NCBI GenBank assembly: GCA_965208105.1
Contig: OZ242318.1
Coordinates: forward strand, 3,552,001-3,616,000
Reading direction: 5' to 3'
From: Candidatus Latescibacterota bacterium
GTDB lineage: Bacteria > Latescibacterota > UBA2968 > UBA8231
Length of the DNA stretch: 64,000 nt
In this document: piece after piece, positions 39,555 to 49,972 of the stretch
Numbering within the stretch: the first letter of the stretch is position 1
Layout: each line of letters starts with the position of its first letter
The notes under the pieces: model-generated
What the model was told of the DNA's origin: nothing
Seen by the model: only the letters and a program-made list of their open reading frames with translations
Database searches by the model: none
Position numbers and translations under genes: made by a program

Positions 39555-40844
39555 TTACGCAGAAAGCGCGTCCGGCCGGGGGCCGCCGGTGGCCCAGTCC
39601 AGCAGCTCCACCGTGTGCACCACAGGCTGCTCGATGCCGCGGCCGATCTGCTCCATGCAGCCGATATTGCCGGCGGCCACCAGCTGCGGCTCCACCGCGG
39701 CGATATTCTCGGCCTTGCGCTCCTGCAGCTGCGCGGCCATCTCCGGCCTGAGCAGGTTGTAGGTGCCGGCGCTGCCGCAGCACAGGTGGGCATCGGGCAC
39801 CTCGACCACCTCGAAGCCGGCCTGGCGCAGAAGTTCCCGGGGCTGGTCTTTGATTTTCTGGCCGTGCTGCAGGGAACAGGCGTCGTGATAGGCCACCCGC
39901 ATTCCGCCGGGGTTCTGCACTTCTCCCAGCCCCATCTCCGCCACTAACTCGGATACGTCCTTCACCAGGGAGGTGACCGCCCGGGCCCTATCGGCCCACT
40001 CGGGCTCGTTGCGGAAGATGTAGTCGTACTCCTTGACCGCGGTGCCGCAGCCGGAGGTGTTGAGCACGATGGCGTCCAGCCCTCCATCCTCGATCTCCCG
40101 GTGCCAGACTTCGATGTTGTTGCGCATCAGTCCCAGGCTGCGCCGGCGCTCGCCCATGTGGAAGGTGAGGGCGCCGCAGCAGCCCATTTGCGGGGGGACG
40201 ACCACCTCGATCCCCAGCCGGGTGAGCAGGCGCACGGTGGCGTCGTTGATCTGCGGGCCGAGGACCTGCTGGGCGCAGCCGGTGAGCAGGGCCACGCGCG
40301 CCCTGCGCCGTCCCTGCGGCGCGATACTTCCGGGGCGAGCCAGCCGGGCGGGAGGTGGCACCGCGGCGGGGGCCATGTCCAGGACGTGGCGCATGCCGGC
40401 GGGCACCAGGAAGCGGAGGGCACGGCCCGCCGCGGCCAGGCGCATGGCGAGACGGAAGCGCCACGGGTGGGGCATGAGGAGGGTGAGGGCGGCGCGCAGC
40501 AGGCGGTCGAGGAGGGGCCGCCTGTATTCCCCCTCGATTCGGGGACGCGCCTCCTCCAGCAGGTGGGAATAGGTGACGCCGCTGGGGCAGGTGGTCTCGC
40601 AGGCCAGGCAGCCGAGGCAGTTGTCGATGTGCTCGACGGTGTTGTCGGTGACCTCGATGGCCTCTTCGAGAATGTTCTTTATCAGGTAGATGCGCCCCCG
40701 CGGCCCCTCCAGCTCGTTGCCGGTGAGCAGGTAGGTGGGACAGGTGGCGTTGCAGAAGCCGCAGTGGACGCAGGTCCGCAGGATCTGTGCGGAGACTTGG
40801 ACATCGGGGTTCTGCAGCCGTTCGGGTGAAATGGATGTGCGCAT
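39555..40844 (-). CDS. glcF: Glycolate oxidase iron-sulfur subunit
   Basis: CVHCGFCNATCPTY, PRGRIYL, CLGCLACETTCPSGV, CCGAL, SGCG, CCGSAGTYN, HTVELLDWA. Confidence 0.92.
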   Translation of the reverse strand: MRTSISPERLQNPDVQVSAQILRTCVHCGFCNATCPTYLLTGNELEGPRGRIYLIKNILEEAIEVTDNTVEHIDNCLGCLACETTCPSGVTYSHLLEEARPRIEGEYRRPLLDRLLRAALTLLMPHPWRFRLAMRLAAAGRALRFLVPAGMRHVLDMAPAAVPPPARLARPGSIAPQGRRRARVALLTGCAQQVLGPQINDATVRLLTRLGIEVVVPPQMGCCGALTFHMGERRRSLGLMRNNIEVWHREIEDGGLDAIVLNTSGCGTAVKEYDYIFRNEPEWADRARAVTSLVKDVSELVAEMGLGEVQNPGGMRVAYHDACSLQHGQKIKDQPRELLRQAGFEVVEVPDAHLCCGSAGTYNLLRPEMAAQLQERKAENIAAVEPQLVAAGNIGCMEQIGRGIEQPVVHTVELLDWATGGPRPDALSA

Positions 40845-40892
40845 GGGCTGAATTGCCGCTTCAGGAGGCGGCGGGGTTCCGGCGCTTCCGCG

Positions 40893-41405
40893 TCAGTTAC
40901 GGGTCGATACCGTTCCAGGCGGCGCTGCCTCCGGGTGAGGGAGCGCTCCACCCAGCCACCGGGCCAGGGCCTTGTGCGGCGAGCGGATCTCTTCCATCGA
41001 GGTGAAATAGTGGTCTTCCCATCCCGCCTCGGGGAGACCGGTGAAGATCATCAGGTTCAGGGGATAGTGCTCGGAGTCGGTGCACCTCCGCAGGTCGTCC
41101 CTGAACAGGAATATCTGCTTCTCGAGGGCGATGGCCATCCCCAGCTCCACCATTACGCCTTCGTCCGGCGGGGTGCCGTTGACGACGGCGAAAATGGCGT
41201 CGCATGCCAGCAGGTCGCGCACATCGTCCTGGCCCACCCTGAAGGCCCAGCCTGCTTCGGTCACGTCTAGGGGGCTGTTGCGCGCGAAGGGTTCCCACAC
41301 CTCGGCGCCCATGTCCTCCAGGATCCGGACGAAGGGGGGAAGAAGGTTCTCCTTCTGCTGGGCCGAGAATCCGTAGGGGCTGGCCAGATATATTCTCTTT
41401 TTCAT
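40893..41405 (-). CDS. Nucleoside 2-deoxyribosyltransferase family protein
   Basis: IYLASPYGFS, WEPF, PPDEGVMVELGMA, YPLNLMI; start at ATG 41405. Confidence 0.85.
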   Translation of the reverse strand: MKKRIYLASPYGFSAQQKENLLPPFVRILEDMGAEVWEPFARNSPLDVTEAGWAFRVGQDDVRDLLACDAIFAVVNGTPPDEGVMVELGMAIALEKQIFLFRDDLRRCTDSEHYPLNLMIFTGLPEAGWEDHYFTSMEEIRSPHKALARWLGGALPHPEAAPPGTVSTRN

Positions 41406-41489
41406 ATGGCCCGATTTCCGCCATCTTCGGGGTGTATTACCTTCTCCCCTGATTCCAGCAAGCTCGAACGAGCGGGATAATCTAAAGGT

Positions 41490-42613
41490 ATGGTGGGAAA
41501 AAACAAGGCTGCCGGCCCTCCGTCCGCGCCGCCTGCGAACCTCGTCCGGGAGGATGTCCTCCTCGCCCCTCACACCACCCTGGGCGTGGAGGACGGGCCC
41601 GCTATTTCGCCGAGTGCGGCAGCACCGCGGAGGTCCGGGACTGCCTGGCCTGGGCCCGGGAACGGAAGCTGCAGGTGCAGGTAATGGGCGGAGGCAGCAA
41701 CATCCTCTTCGCCGACGAGGGATTCGACGGCCTCGTTCTGAAGGTGGCCCTGAGGGGGGTCGCCTATGCGGATCAGGGAGAGTGGATCCTGATGAGGTCC
41801 GGGGCGGGCGAGGACTGGGACCGCCTGGTGCGGGACTGCATCCGCCGCGGTCTGGGGGGAATCGAATGTCTTTCCGGCATTCCCGGCCTGGTAGGCGCGA
41901 CCCCGGTGCAGAACGTGGGCGCCTATGGCCAGGAGGTGAAGGAAACGGTGGTCAGGGTGGAGGCCATCGAGCGGGAGACTCTTGCGGAAGTGGCCTTCAC
42001 CAATGCGGAGTGCGGCTTCAGCTACCGGCAGAGCCGCTTCAAGAGCGAGGACCGGGACCGCCATATCATCACCATGGTCTCCTTCCGCCTTCGCGCCCGC
42101 GCCCGCGCCTGCTTGCGCTATCCCGAGCTGCAACGGCACGTCGAGGAAAGCGCGGATCTGGAGCACCTGGAGAGCGGGGCGCCGGTGCTCGGCGCCGTCC
42201 GCCGGGCGGTCCTCGAGCTGCGCCGGGGCAAGTCCATGGTGCTGGACCCGGCAGACCCGAACGCCCGCTCCGCCGGTTCATTCTTCCTCAATCCGGTCCT
42301 GAGCCGGGAAGAGTTCGGGCAATTCAAGAAACGCTGCATCGCCGCCGGCTGCGGCGGCGAAGTGCCCGTGTTCGAGACCTCCGAAGGCCTCAAGGTGGCG
42401 GCTGCCTGGCTGGTGGAGCGGGCGGGCTTCCACAAGAGCTATCGCCGCGGCGGGGTGGGAATCTCCTCCAACCACGCCCTGGCCCTGGTCAACAGGGGCG
42501 GGGGAAGCTGCCGCGAGCTGGTCGAACTTTCCGACGATATCCAGCGCCAGGTCTACGAGAAATTCGCCGTCCGCCTCGAGAGAGAGCCGGTGGTGGTCGA
42601 AGCATCCCGGTGA
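41490..42613 (+). CDS. murB: UDP-N-acetylenolpyruvoylglucosamine reductase, with 1-nt frameshift near 41588
   Basis: LAPHTTLGV in one frame, then GGRARYF, GGGSN, GIPGLVGATPVQNVGAYG, FSYRQSRFK, SAGSFFLNP, HALALVN, LEREP in another. Confidence 0.92.
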
Positions 42614-42690
42614 AAGCGATCCCACGCCGGAATCGCCCCCGTCTCCCGCAGGCGGCAAGGGCGCCGGGACAGTGCGTGTTCCGGGCCTGC

Positions 42691-43971
42691 CTACCAGTAC
42701 TTCATCGCATCCTCGAACAGGGCGGACAACTCCTCCTCTCCCGCCTCCCGCGGCGACAGCTTGGTGACCCGGTGCTGGGGCAGAGTTCCCTGCACCAGGG
42801 CGGGAATGTCCTCGGTGCCGTAGCCGATCCCGCCGAGGCCGTTGGGCATGTCCAGGCGCTGCATGAGGGCAATGAGCCGGTCGGCGAGGATGGGACCGGC
42901 GTCGGCGTCGCGGTCACCGGCGATGTCCGCTCCCAGCACGGCCGCGGCTTCGAGGTGGCGCTGGGGGCAGGCGGGGGCGGTGAAGCGGAACACGGCAGGG
43001 GCGTTGAGGATGACGGCGATGCCGTGGGGCACCAGGGGATAGTCCAGCGGGTAGCCCGGCGGCACGAAGCGCGAGACCATGCCGGCCACGGGGTAGGACA
43101 TGCCGTGGGGAAGATGGACCCCGGCGTTGCCGAAGCCCATGCCGGCGAAGGAGGCGGCCAGCAGCATCTGCCCAAGGGCCTCCTCGTCCCCGTCCTCCAC
43201 GGCGCGGGGCAGGAAATCCGCCACCATGGACAGGGCCTCCAGCGACCACAGGTCGCTGATGGGGTTGGAGCCCTGGTAGGACGGCCGCAGGACCGGCCGC
43301 TGCGGCCGCGGGCGGTGGTCGAAGGGCAGGGCGGTATAGGATTCGAGGGCATGGCTGAGCACGTCCAGGCCGGTGGAAGCGGTCACCGCCGCCGGCAGGG
43401 TGCTGACGTTCTCCGGGTCGAGAATGCCCAGGGTGGGCTTGAGGCGGCGGTGGGCGATTCCGGTTTTGGCGTGCATGTCGGCCAGATCGAAGATGGCGAC
43501 GCCGGTGGTCTCGCTTCCGGTCCCGGTGGTGGTGGGCACCGCGATCAGGGGTTTTAGGGGACCTGGAACGGGAAGGCCCTTTCCGATGGGCGCGTTGACG
43601 TAGTCGAGGAAATCCGCCGGGAAGGTGGAGTAGAGGTTAGCGGCCTTGGCCGTGTCCATGGTGGAGCCGCCGCCGACGGCCACGAAGCCGTCGAAGCCGC
43701 CGCTGCGGGCGCAGTCGATGGCCTCCTTGAAGGAGACGTCCGTAGGCTCGACCCGCACCCGGTCGAAGAGGGAGAACGGGACCTTCTCCTCTTCCAGGGC
43801 GGAGAGCACGCGGCTGACGGGTTCCAGTCCGCGCAGCTGCGGGTCGGTCAGCACCATGGCGTTCGTGACCCCAAGGTCCGCCAGGTCCATGCCCACCTCG
43901 CGGGTCGCTCCGCGGCCGAAGCGGATGTTGGAGGTCGCCATCTCGAAGGCGGTGTCGCGCATTGTCTTCAT
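42691..43971 (-). CDS. Hydroxyacid-oxoacid transhydrogenase (Fe-ADH / ADHFE1 family)
   Basis: SNIRFGRGATREVG, GGGSTMDTAK, YVNAPIGKG, RPSYQGSNPISD, GVHLPHGMSYP, VPHG. Confidence 0.9.
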   Translation of the reverse strand: MKTMRDTAFEMATSNIRFGRGATREVGMDLADLGVTNAMVLTDPQLRGLEPVSRVLSALEEEKVPFSLFDRVRVEPTDVSFKEAIDCARSGGFDGFVAVGGGSTMDTAKAANLYSTFPADFLDYVNAPIGKGLPVPGPLKPLIAVPTTTGTGSETTGVAIFDLADMHAKTGIAHRRLKPTLGILDPENVSTLPAAVTASTGLDVLSHALESYTALPFDHRPRPQRPVLRPSYQGSNPISDLWSLEALSMVADFLPRAVEDGDEEALGQMLLAASFAGMGFGNAGVHLPHGMSYPVAGMVSRFVPPGYPLDYPLVPHGIAVILNAPAVFRFTAPACPQRHLEAAAVLGADIAGDRDADAGPILADRLIALMQRLDMPNGLGGIGYGTEDIPALVQGTLPQHRVTKLSPREAGEEELSALFEDAMKYW

Positions 43972-44040
43972 GCCTTTCTCCAATTGGACCGGCTTAAATA
44001 CAACATACGGCAATCGGCCTTTGTCAACATCGCCTCCGTC

Positions 44041-44069
44041 TTGCGCTGCACAATCCGCCTTGCTAAACT
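44041..44069 (+). promoter_or_regulatory. Sigma70-like promoter for the SDR-HAD genes
   Basis: TTGCGC-17 nt-TAAACT with TG extension, 30 nt before ATG 44100 in a divergent gap. Confidence 0.45.
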
Positions 44070-44099
44070 TCCCGATATTGTGCGAAAACGGGGAGAGCA

Positions 44100-44873
44100 A
44101 TGAGGCTCGAGGGCAAGGTCATGCTGATCACCGGCGCCGGGAGCGGGATCGGGCGCCAGACCGCCCTGCTCTGCGCCCGCGAGGGCGCGCGCATCGTGGC
44201 CGTGGACGTCGACCCGGAAGGCGGCGAGGAAACCGTGGGCATGATCGCGGCGGAGAACGGGGTAGCTATCTATGCCCGCGCGGACGTCTCGCGGGCGGCG
44301 GACTGCCAGGGCATGATTCAGGCAGCCGAGGACACCTATGGACGTCTCGACGTGCTGTTCAACAACGCCGGCATATCCCATCTCGAGGACGGCGACGCCG
44401 AGTCCACCGAGGAAGGGGTCTGGGACCTGACCATGGGAGTCAACCTCAAGGGGGTTTTCCTTGGCTGCAAGTACGGCATCGCGGCGCTGCGCCGATCCGG
44501 GGGCGGGTCGGTGGTCAATACCGCCTCGTTCGTGGCCCTGATGGGGGCGGCCACGCCCCAGATCGCCTATACCGCCAGCAAGGGCGGAGTCCTCGCCATG
44601 ACCCGCGAGCTGGCCGTGCTCCACGCCCGCGAGAACATTCGCGTCAACGCCCTGTGCCCGGGGCCGCTGCGCACCGAGCTGTTGATGCAGTACCTCGACA
44701 CCGAGGACAAGAGGCGCCGCCGCCTGGTCCACATCCCCATGGGGCGCTTCGGCGAAGCGGCCGAGATCGCCCGCACCGTCCTCTTCCTGGCCTCGGACGA
44801 CTCGTCCTTCGTCACCGGCACCGCCTTCGTGGTGGACGGGGGGATAACCGCGGCCTACGTTACCCCGGAGTAG
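44100..44873 (+). CDS. Short-chain dehydrogenase/reductase
   Basis: TGAGSGIG, NNAG, YTASK, RVNALCPG, VDGG. Confidence 0.95.
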   Translation: MRLEGKVMLITGAGSGIGRQTALLCAREGARIVAVDVDPEGGEETVGMIAAENGVAIYARADVSRAADCQGMIQAAEDTYGRLDVLFNNAGISHLEDGDAESTEEGVWDLTMGVNLKGVFLGCKYGIAALRRSGGGSVVNTASFVALMGAATPQIAYTASKGGVLAMTRELAVLHARENIRVNALCPGPLRTELLMQYLDTEDKRRRRLVHIPMGRFGEAAEIARTVLFLASDDSSFVTGTAFVVDGGITAAYVTPE

Positions 44874-44880
44874 AGTATTC

Positions 44881-45537
44881 ATGCGCTGCAAAGCCGTGCT
44901 GTTCGACCTCGACGGGACGCTGCTCGATACGCTGGGCGATCTGGCCGATTCCATGAATCAGGTGCTGGCGGACAAGGGCTACCCGCAGCACCGCACCGAG
45001 GACTACAGGTACTTTGTCGGGGACGGAATGGAGATGCTGGTGAGCCGCGCCCTGCCTCCTGAGGCCCGCAAGGGCGATGTCGTGGCGCGGGGACTGGCGG
45101 CGATGGAGGCCGAGTACGGCCGCCGCTGGTCGCGCACGACGCGGCCTTACGACGGGGTCCCGGCCATGCTGGACGAGCTGCAATCGCGGCAGACCCTCAT
45201 GGCCATCCTGTCCAACAAGCCGGAAGACTTCACCCGGCTGACCGTGTCCACCCTGTTGAAGAGCTGGAGCTTCGACGCGGTCTGCGGCGCCCGCCCCGGG
45301 GTGCCCCGAAAGCCGGACCCGGCGGCGGCCTTGGAGATCGCCGCCCGCCTGCAGGTCCGTCCTCCCGAGTGCCTGTACCTGGGGGATACCGCCACCGACA
45401 TGAAGACGGCACGCCGCGCGGGGATGTACGCGGTCGGGGCGCTGTGGGGGTTCCGCGAGGCCGCCGAGCTCGAGGCCGGAGGAGCGCAGGTCCTGGTGCG
45501 GGAACCGGCGGATTTCCTGGAGATCTGCGCCGATTGA
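44881..45537 (+). CDS. HAD-superfamily hydrolase (phosphoglycolate phosphatase-like)
   Basis: FDLDGTLLDT, LSNK, KPDP, YLGDTATD, WGFR. Confidence 0.92.
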   Translation: MRCKAVLFDLDGTLLDTLGDLADSMNQVLADKGYPQHRTEDYRYFVGDGMEMLVSRALPPEARKGDVVARGLAAMEAEYGRRWSRTTRPYDGVPAMLDELQSRQTLMAILSNKPEDFTRLTVSTLLKSWSFDAVCGARPGVPRKPDPAAALEIAARLQVRPPECLYLGDTATDMKTARRAGMYAVGALWGFREAAELEAGGAQVLVREPADFLEICAD

Positions 45538-45618
45538 CCGGTGGGACAGGCCGGCGAAGGCGGCCCCCGAAGCGGTGGACGGGGAATGGATGCTTCACCC
45601 AAAGAAAGGACGCGCGCC

Positions 45619-46929
45619 GTGAAGGAATTCTTTCCAGGCATCGAAAAGATACGCTACGAAGGACCTGATTGCGGCAATTTGCTGGCTTTCAAGCACTACG
45701 ACGAGAACGAGAAAGTCGGCAGAAAGACCATGAAAGAGCACCTGCGCTTCTCGGTGGTCTTCTGGCACACCTTCAAGGGCACGGGGAGCGATCCGTTCGG
45801 CGGTCCGGTCTACGACCGGCCCTGGGACTCGTCCGCAGACCCCATGCAGCGGGCCGAGGATACCATGCGCGCCGCGTTCGAGTTCTTCACCAAGCTGGGG
45901 GCGCCGTTCTACTGCTGGCACGACCGCGACATCGCTCCCGAGGCGGACAGTCTCAAGGAGACCAACGCGCGCCTGGACACCGTGGTCAAACTGGCCAGGA
46001 AGCTGCAGCGCGACACCGGGGTCAGGCTGCTCTGGGGCACCTCGAACTGCTTTTCCCATCCGCGCTTCACCCATGGCGCCGGCACCAATCCCGACGCTCA
46101 CGTCTTCGCCTACGCCGCCTCTCAGATCAAGAAGGCCATGGAGTGCACCAAGGAGCTGGGAGGAACCAACTACGTGTTCTGGGGCGGGCGCGAGGGCTAC
46201 TCCAACCTGCTGAACACGAACCTGGGGCACGAGCAGGAGCAGATGGCCCGCCTCCTGGAAATGGCGGTGGAGCACAAGAGGAACATCGGCTTCAGGGGCA
46301 CCCTGCTGCTCGAGCCCAAGCCCAAGGAGCCCACCAAGCACCAGTACGACTACGATGCCGCCACCGTCCTCGGCTTCCTGCGCAAGTTCGGCCTGCTCGA
46401 CGAGTTCAAGCTCAACATCGAGGCCAATCACGCCACTCTGGCGGGCCACTCCTTCGAGCACGACCTGACGGTGGCCGCCGCCGACGGCAAGCTGGGCAGC
46501 ATCGACGCCAACCGCGGCGATTATCTGCTGGGCTGGGACACCGACAATTTCCCGGCCGATCTCTACAGCGCAGCCTTTGCCATGATGGTGATCCTCAAGC
46601 AGGGAGGGCTGGGAAGCGGCGGCATCAACTTCGACGCCAAGGTGCGGCGCGGCTCCTTCGATCTGGAGGACCTGTTCCACGCCCACGTCGGGGGCATGGA
46701 CAGCTTCGCCCGCGGTCTGAAGATCGCCCACCGGATGCGGGAGGACGGCGTTCTCGCCGGCCTTCTGGCGGCGCGCTACCAGTCCTACAGGCGCGGCATC
46801 GGCCGCAGGATCATGCGCGGGGAGACCGACTTTGCCGAGCTGGAGGAATACGTCCTGAAGCACGGCGAGCCGGAGAAGCGCAGTGGACGGGAGGAAATGC
46901 TTGAGAACATCGTCAACAGCTACCTTTAG
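45619..46929 (+). CDS. xylA: Xylose isomerase (class II)
   Basis: FWHTF, WHDRD, VFWGGREGY, EPKPKEPTKHQYD, NIEANHA, GWDTD, NFDAK; GTG 45619 with AAAGGA RBS (ATG 45586 possible). Confidence 0.96.
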   Translation: MKEFFPGIEKIRYEGPDCGNLLAFKHYDENEKVGRKTMKEHLRFSVVFWHTFKGTGSDPFGGPVYDRPWDSSADPMQRAEDTMRAAFEFFTKLGAPFYCWHDRDIAPEADSLKETNARLDTVVKLARKLQRDTGVRLLWGTSNCFSHPRFTHGAGTNPDAHVFAYAASQIKKAMECTKELGGTNYVFWGGREGYSNLLNTNLGHEQEQMARLLEMAVEHKRNIGFRGTLLLEPKPKEPTKHQYDYDAATVLGFLRKFGLLDEFKLNIEANHATLAGHSFEHDLTVAAADGKLGSIDANRGDYLLGWDTDNFPADLYSAAFAMMVILKQGGLGSGGINFDAKVRRGSFDLEDLFHAHVGGMDSFARGLKIAHRMREDGVLAGLLAARYQSYRRGIGRRIMRGETDFAELEEYVLKHGEPEKRSGREEMLENIVNSYL

Positions 46930-46932
46930 CGG

Positions 46933-48288
46933 ATGAAAATGAACAGGAAAAGAAAAAATGAATCCGGCAGCTCGCAGGAGTCAGGGCTGCCGGTACGGAT
47001 CCTCAAGACCGCAATAGCCATCGCCGTGGTCGCCGCAATCGCTCTGCTGGGCTACAAGCAGTGGGCCCGCAACAAAGCCGAGGAGCACTACGAGCAGGGG
47101 CTCCAATATTCCGCGCAGGGGCGCACCGCCCTGGCCGCCATGGCCTTTCACCGCGCCGTCGGCCAGGACCCGGGGTTCGCCGAGGCGCACCACCAGCTGG
47201 GTCTGATCTACGCGGGACAAAGGCGCTTTGCGGAGGCCGACTCCATTCTGCAGAGAGCCGTTGAGCTGGATCCGGGCCAAGCCGAGTTTCACCTTGCCCT
47301 GGGAAATCTCTACCAGGCCATAGAGGATCTGGACGCGGCTTCGCAGGCGTATGCACGCGGCCTCGAGCTGGACCCGGACGACGCCGCCATGCACAACGAG
47401 CTCGGCCTCGTCCAGGCGATGCAGGGCAAGCTCGAGCAGGCGGAGGAGACCTTTCGGCGGGCCCTGGAGCTGCGCCCCGACTTCGCCCGGGCACACTACA
47501 ACCTGGGCAGGGCCCTGGAGGCGATGGCGAAGAGCACGGAGGCCATCGCCGCCTACCAGCGGGCGGCGGAGATAGATCCGGACATGCTTCAGGCGCACCA
47601 GAGCCTGGGGTCCATTCACGCCTCCCAGGGCCGCAACCAGGAGGCGCTGGCCGCCTATGGAAAGGTGCTCGAGCACCGGCAGGACGACACCTACATCCTC
47701 GTCCAGATGGGGGATTTATACGCTCGGGAGGATCGCCTCGACGAGGCGGTGGAGGCCTACAACAAGGCGCTGGCCATCAATCCGGACCATGCCGGAGCGC
47801 GCTACGGCCTGGGCAGCACTCTCCTGCGCCAGGGAAAGGAGGAGGAGGGACGCGAGGAGATGCGCACCTTCGAGAAACTGCGGGCGCTCGAGAGCGAACT
47901 GAGGGCGACCCAGCAGGCCTTTCAATCCAACCGGGAGAATCCCTCGGCGCACTACGAGAGGGGGTTGACTTACCTGCGCCACGACAGGCCCCGGGAAGCG
48001 CTGCGCTCCTTCGAGGTTGCACTGCGTCTCGACCCCGAGTTCGCCGAGGCCTACTACGGCATGGGGCTGGCCTATGTTGCCCTCGGCCTCTACCCCGAGG
48101 CCGAGCATACCCTCCAGAAGAGCATCGAGCTGCGGCCGGATCACGGGCCGTCATATATGGCCTTAGGGAACATGTACCGGGACAGGGGAAGGATTCAGGA
48201 GGCGATCATGCTCTACAAGGAGGCGAGCAGGTTGGACGTGGGCAGCGTGAACATCGCCAAGGGAACGATGAAGCTGAAGAGGGAGTGA
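46933..48288 (+). CDS. Membrane-anchored tetratricopeptide repeat protein
   Basis: Basic N-terminus plus one TM helix, then about 10-11 TPR units (e.g. AHYNLG...A..AYQRA.EIDP). Confidence 0.9.
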   Translation: MKMNRKRKNESGSSQESGLPVRILKTAIAIAVVAAIALLGYKQWARNKAEEHYEQGLQYSAQGRTALAAMAFHRAVGQDPGFAEAHHQLGLIYAGQRRFAEADSILQRAVELDPGQAEFHLALGNLYQAIEDLDAASQAYARGLELDPDDAAMHNELGLVQAMQGKLEQAEETFRRALELRPDFARAHYNLGRALEAMAKSTEAIAAYQRAAEIDPDMLQAHQSLGSIHASQGRNQEALAAYGKVLEHRQDDTYILVQMGDLYAREDRLDEAVEAYNKALAINPDHAGARYGLGSTLLRQGKEEEGREEMRTFEKLRALESELRATQQAFQSNRENPSAHYERGLTYLRHDRPREALRSFEVALRLDPEFAEAYYGMGLAYVALGLYPEAEHTLQKSIELRPDHGPSYMALGNMYRDRGRIQEAIMLYKEASRLDVGSVNIAKGTMKLKRE

Positions 48289-48387
48289 GAGTGACGTTGT
48301 CTCTATTTTTTAGGGGAAAGGGCTCGGTATTATGCATGTTTTGGTCGATCTATTTATCGCCACCTTTTGCGATAGGCCCCCAGGAGC

Positions 48388-48702
48388 TTGACCGCCCTAA
48401 GGCATGTTCGACCCGAGGACGGGCTGATACTCACCAGGGCCTGTGATCTATTTCAACTGAAAACGGAACTTGCCCCCAAGGCGAACTGGAGAGAGATAAT
48501 CTACCGTACGGGTCTGGGCGGCTCACCAGTAGAAACCCTCGTTACCGCCACTGGCACAGACCGTTCCTTTGGCGCGGAGGTCTCCAGCACCATCAGTGTT
48601 TGGGCTGAAACTGAGGAAGGGGCTCGGGAAGATCTCTGGAAGGAGGTCTACCCCATATACAAAGAACATGGACGGGTATGGAAGGTATTTTGTGACGATT
48701 AG
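48388..48702 (+). CDS. Hypothetical protein or gene fragment
   Basis: 104-aa TTG-start ORF with AGGAG immediately upstream; no recognised motif. Confidence 0.35.
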   Translation: MTALRHVRPEDGLILTRACDLFQLKTELAPKANWREIIYRTGLGGSPVETLVTATGTDRSFGAEVSSTISVWAETEEGAREDLWKEVYPIYKEHGRVWKVFCDD

Positions 48703-48859
48703 GACGAGTAATCCATCAATAGCCATCGGCACCTCTTTGTCCTGGAGTAGTAGGGGCTGAGGCGTCTTGATGCCCAGAATATTCAGAACTCGACAAGGTT
48801 GAAGGTATCGCCCGAGACGCTTTGGGTTAGATTCACACAAATGATGGAAGGAAGGAGAC

Positions 48860-49942
48860 ATGCAAAAATTAATCTTGGTCATACTCTTTGCAGCTACGGT
48901 AGCAACTGCCCCACTTTTCGCTCAAAAAATGGAGGATGTCGTTCGCTTGAGAGATGGCAGCGTCGTTGGGGCTGAAAATAACAACCCCGCCCAAGAGGCC
49001 GAATCCGGAGGGGATGCTTACCAAACCGCGGATCCCCAATTATCCCCGGCTACCTGCTTGATTGGAAATCATTTAGGTTTCCAAAAGGCCGACGCTCAGA
49101 CCGCCGCCCTCCTTTTATGCGGCGAGTTGAGAAAGCAGGGCATAACGGTGGGCCAACCCGTTTTCCACGCGCCGGACTCGGGGAGTATTTATCGTGTGGG
49201 CTTACATCCCCTGGGTCAAAAGGTTCTGGTGCGTCTGAGCCATGAAAACCCCATGGGAACGATTCTTATTGAGCGTCAGATTCAGTTGGGAAGCATCGAA
49301 GAAATGGTCTCGGCCGCGCCGCGGCTGGTCGATGCCCTCGTCCACCGGAAGTCCCTCGCTTCCACGGTGGACATGGAAAGCGTTGTCGAACAGGAAGCTC
49401 GCATACACCGGAAGATACCCGGTGAGTCCTTTTGGGACATTGGGCTCCTGGGAACCTTCGCCCTCATCACCGATGCGGACATGATTGCCAAACCCGGCTA
49501 CAGAATAGGTTGGTATCACGAGACGCCATCCTATTCCGTCGGCACCGAGTTCTGGGGTGCCGGAGGCGAGGATAACGAGGGCGACAGCTTTCACTTTATT
49601 TCCTGGGGAATCGGCGGTCGTTACTTCTTCAACAAGGAGAATTTCTCGCCGTATGTGGGCGGTGGATTCTCCCATATCTGGGCAGGATATGAACAATCGG
49701 GATCTAGGTGGGATTCGAGGCGGGAAAGGTGGGACTATGACTGGGAGTCGGAAGAGGGCAATGGCCTTGGAGGCTATGCAATGGGAGGAATTGAGGCACT
49801 GCGTCTCACCAGCGTCCGCCTCAGGGTCGAATTGCGAGTGGATCGTCCCTTTTTTCAGTTGCCGGACCGGGATGTAATGCCGGTAACATTTGGTGTATCC
49901 TTTTCATTTCGCGGAGGCGGGGTCGGGGGAATGTGGTTTTAG
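48860..49942 (+). CDS. Exported protein with C-terminal outer-membrane beta-barrel-like domain
   Basis: Signal peptide (..APLFA), GGRYFF, FSPYVGGG, alternating strands, terminal Phe; AAGGAG RBS. Confidence 0.72.
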   Translation: MQKLILVILFAATVATAPLFAQKMEDVVRLRDGSVVGAENNNPAQEAESGGDAYQTADPQLSPATCLIGNHLGFQKADAQTAALLLCGELRKQGITVGQPVFHAPDSGSIYRVGLHPLGQKVLVRLSHENPMGTILIERQIQLGSIEEMVSAAPRLVDALVHRKSLASTVDMESVVEQEARIHRKIPGESFWDIGLLGTFALITDADMIAKPGYRIGWYHETPSYSVGTEFWGAGGEDNEGDSFHFISWGIGGRYFFNKENFSPYVGGGFSHIWAGYEQSGSRWDSRRERWDYDWESEEGNGLGGYAMGGIEALRLTSVRLRVELRVDRPFFQLPDRDVMPVTFGVSFSFRGGGVGGMWF

Positions 49943-49972
49943 GGTTGTTTGGTTTTCTCTTAGTTCAGGCAT

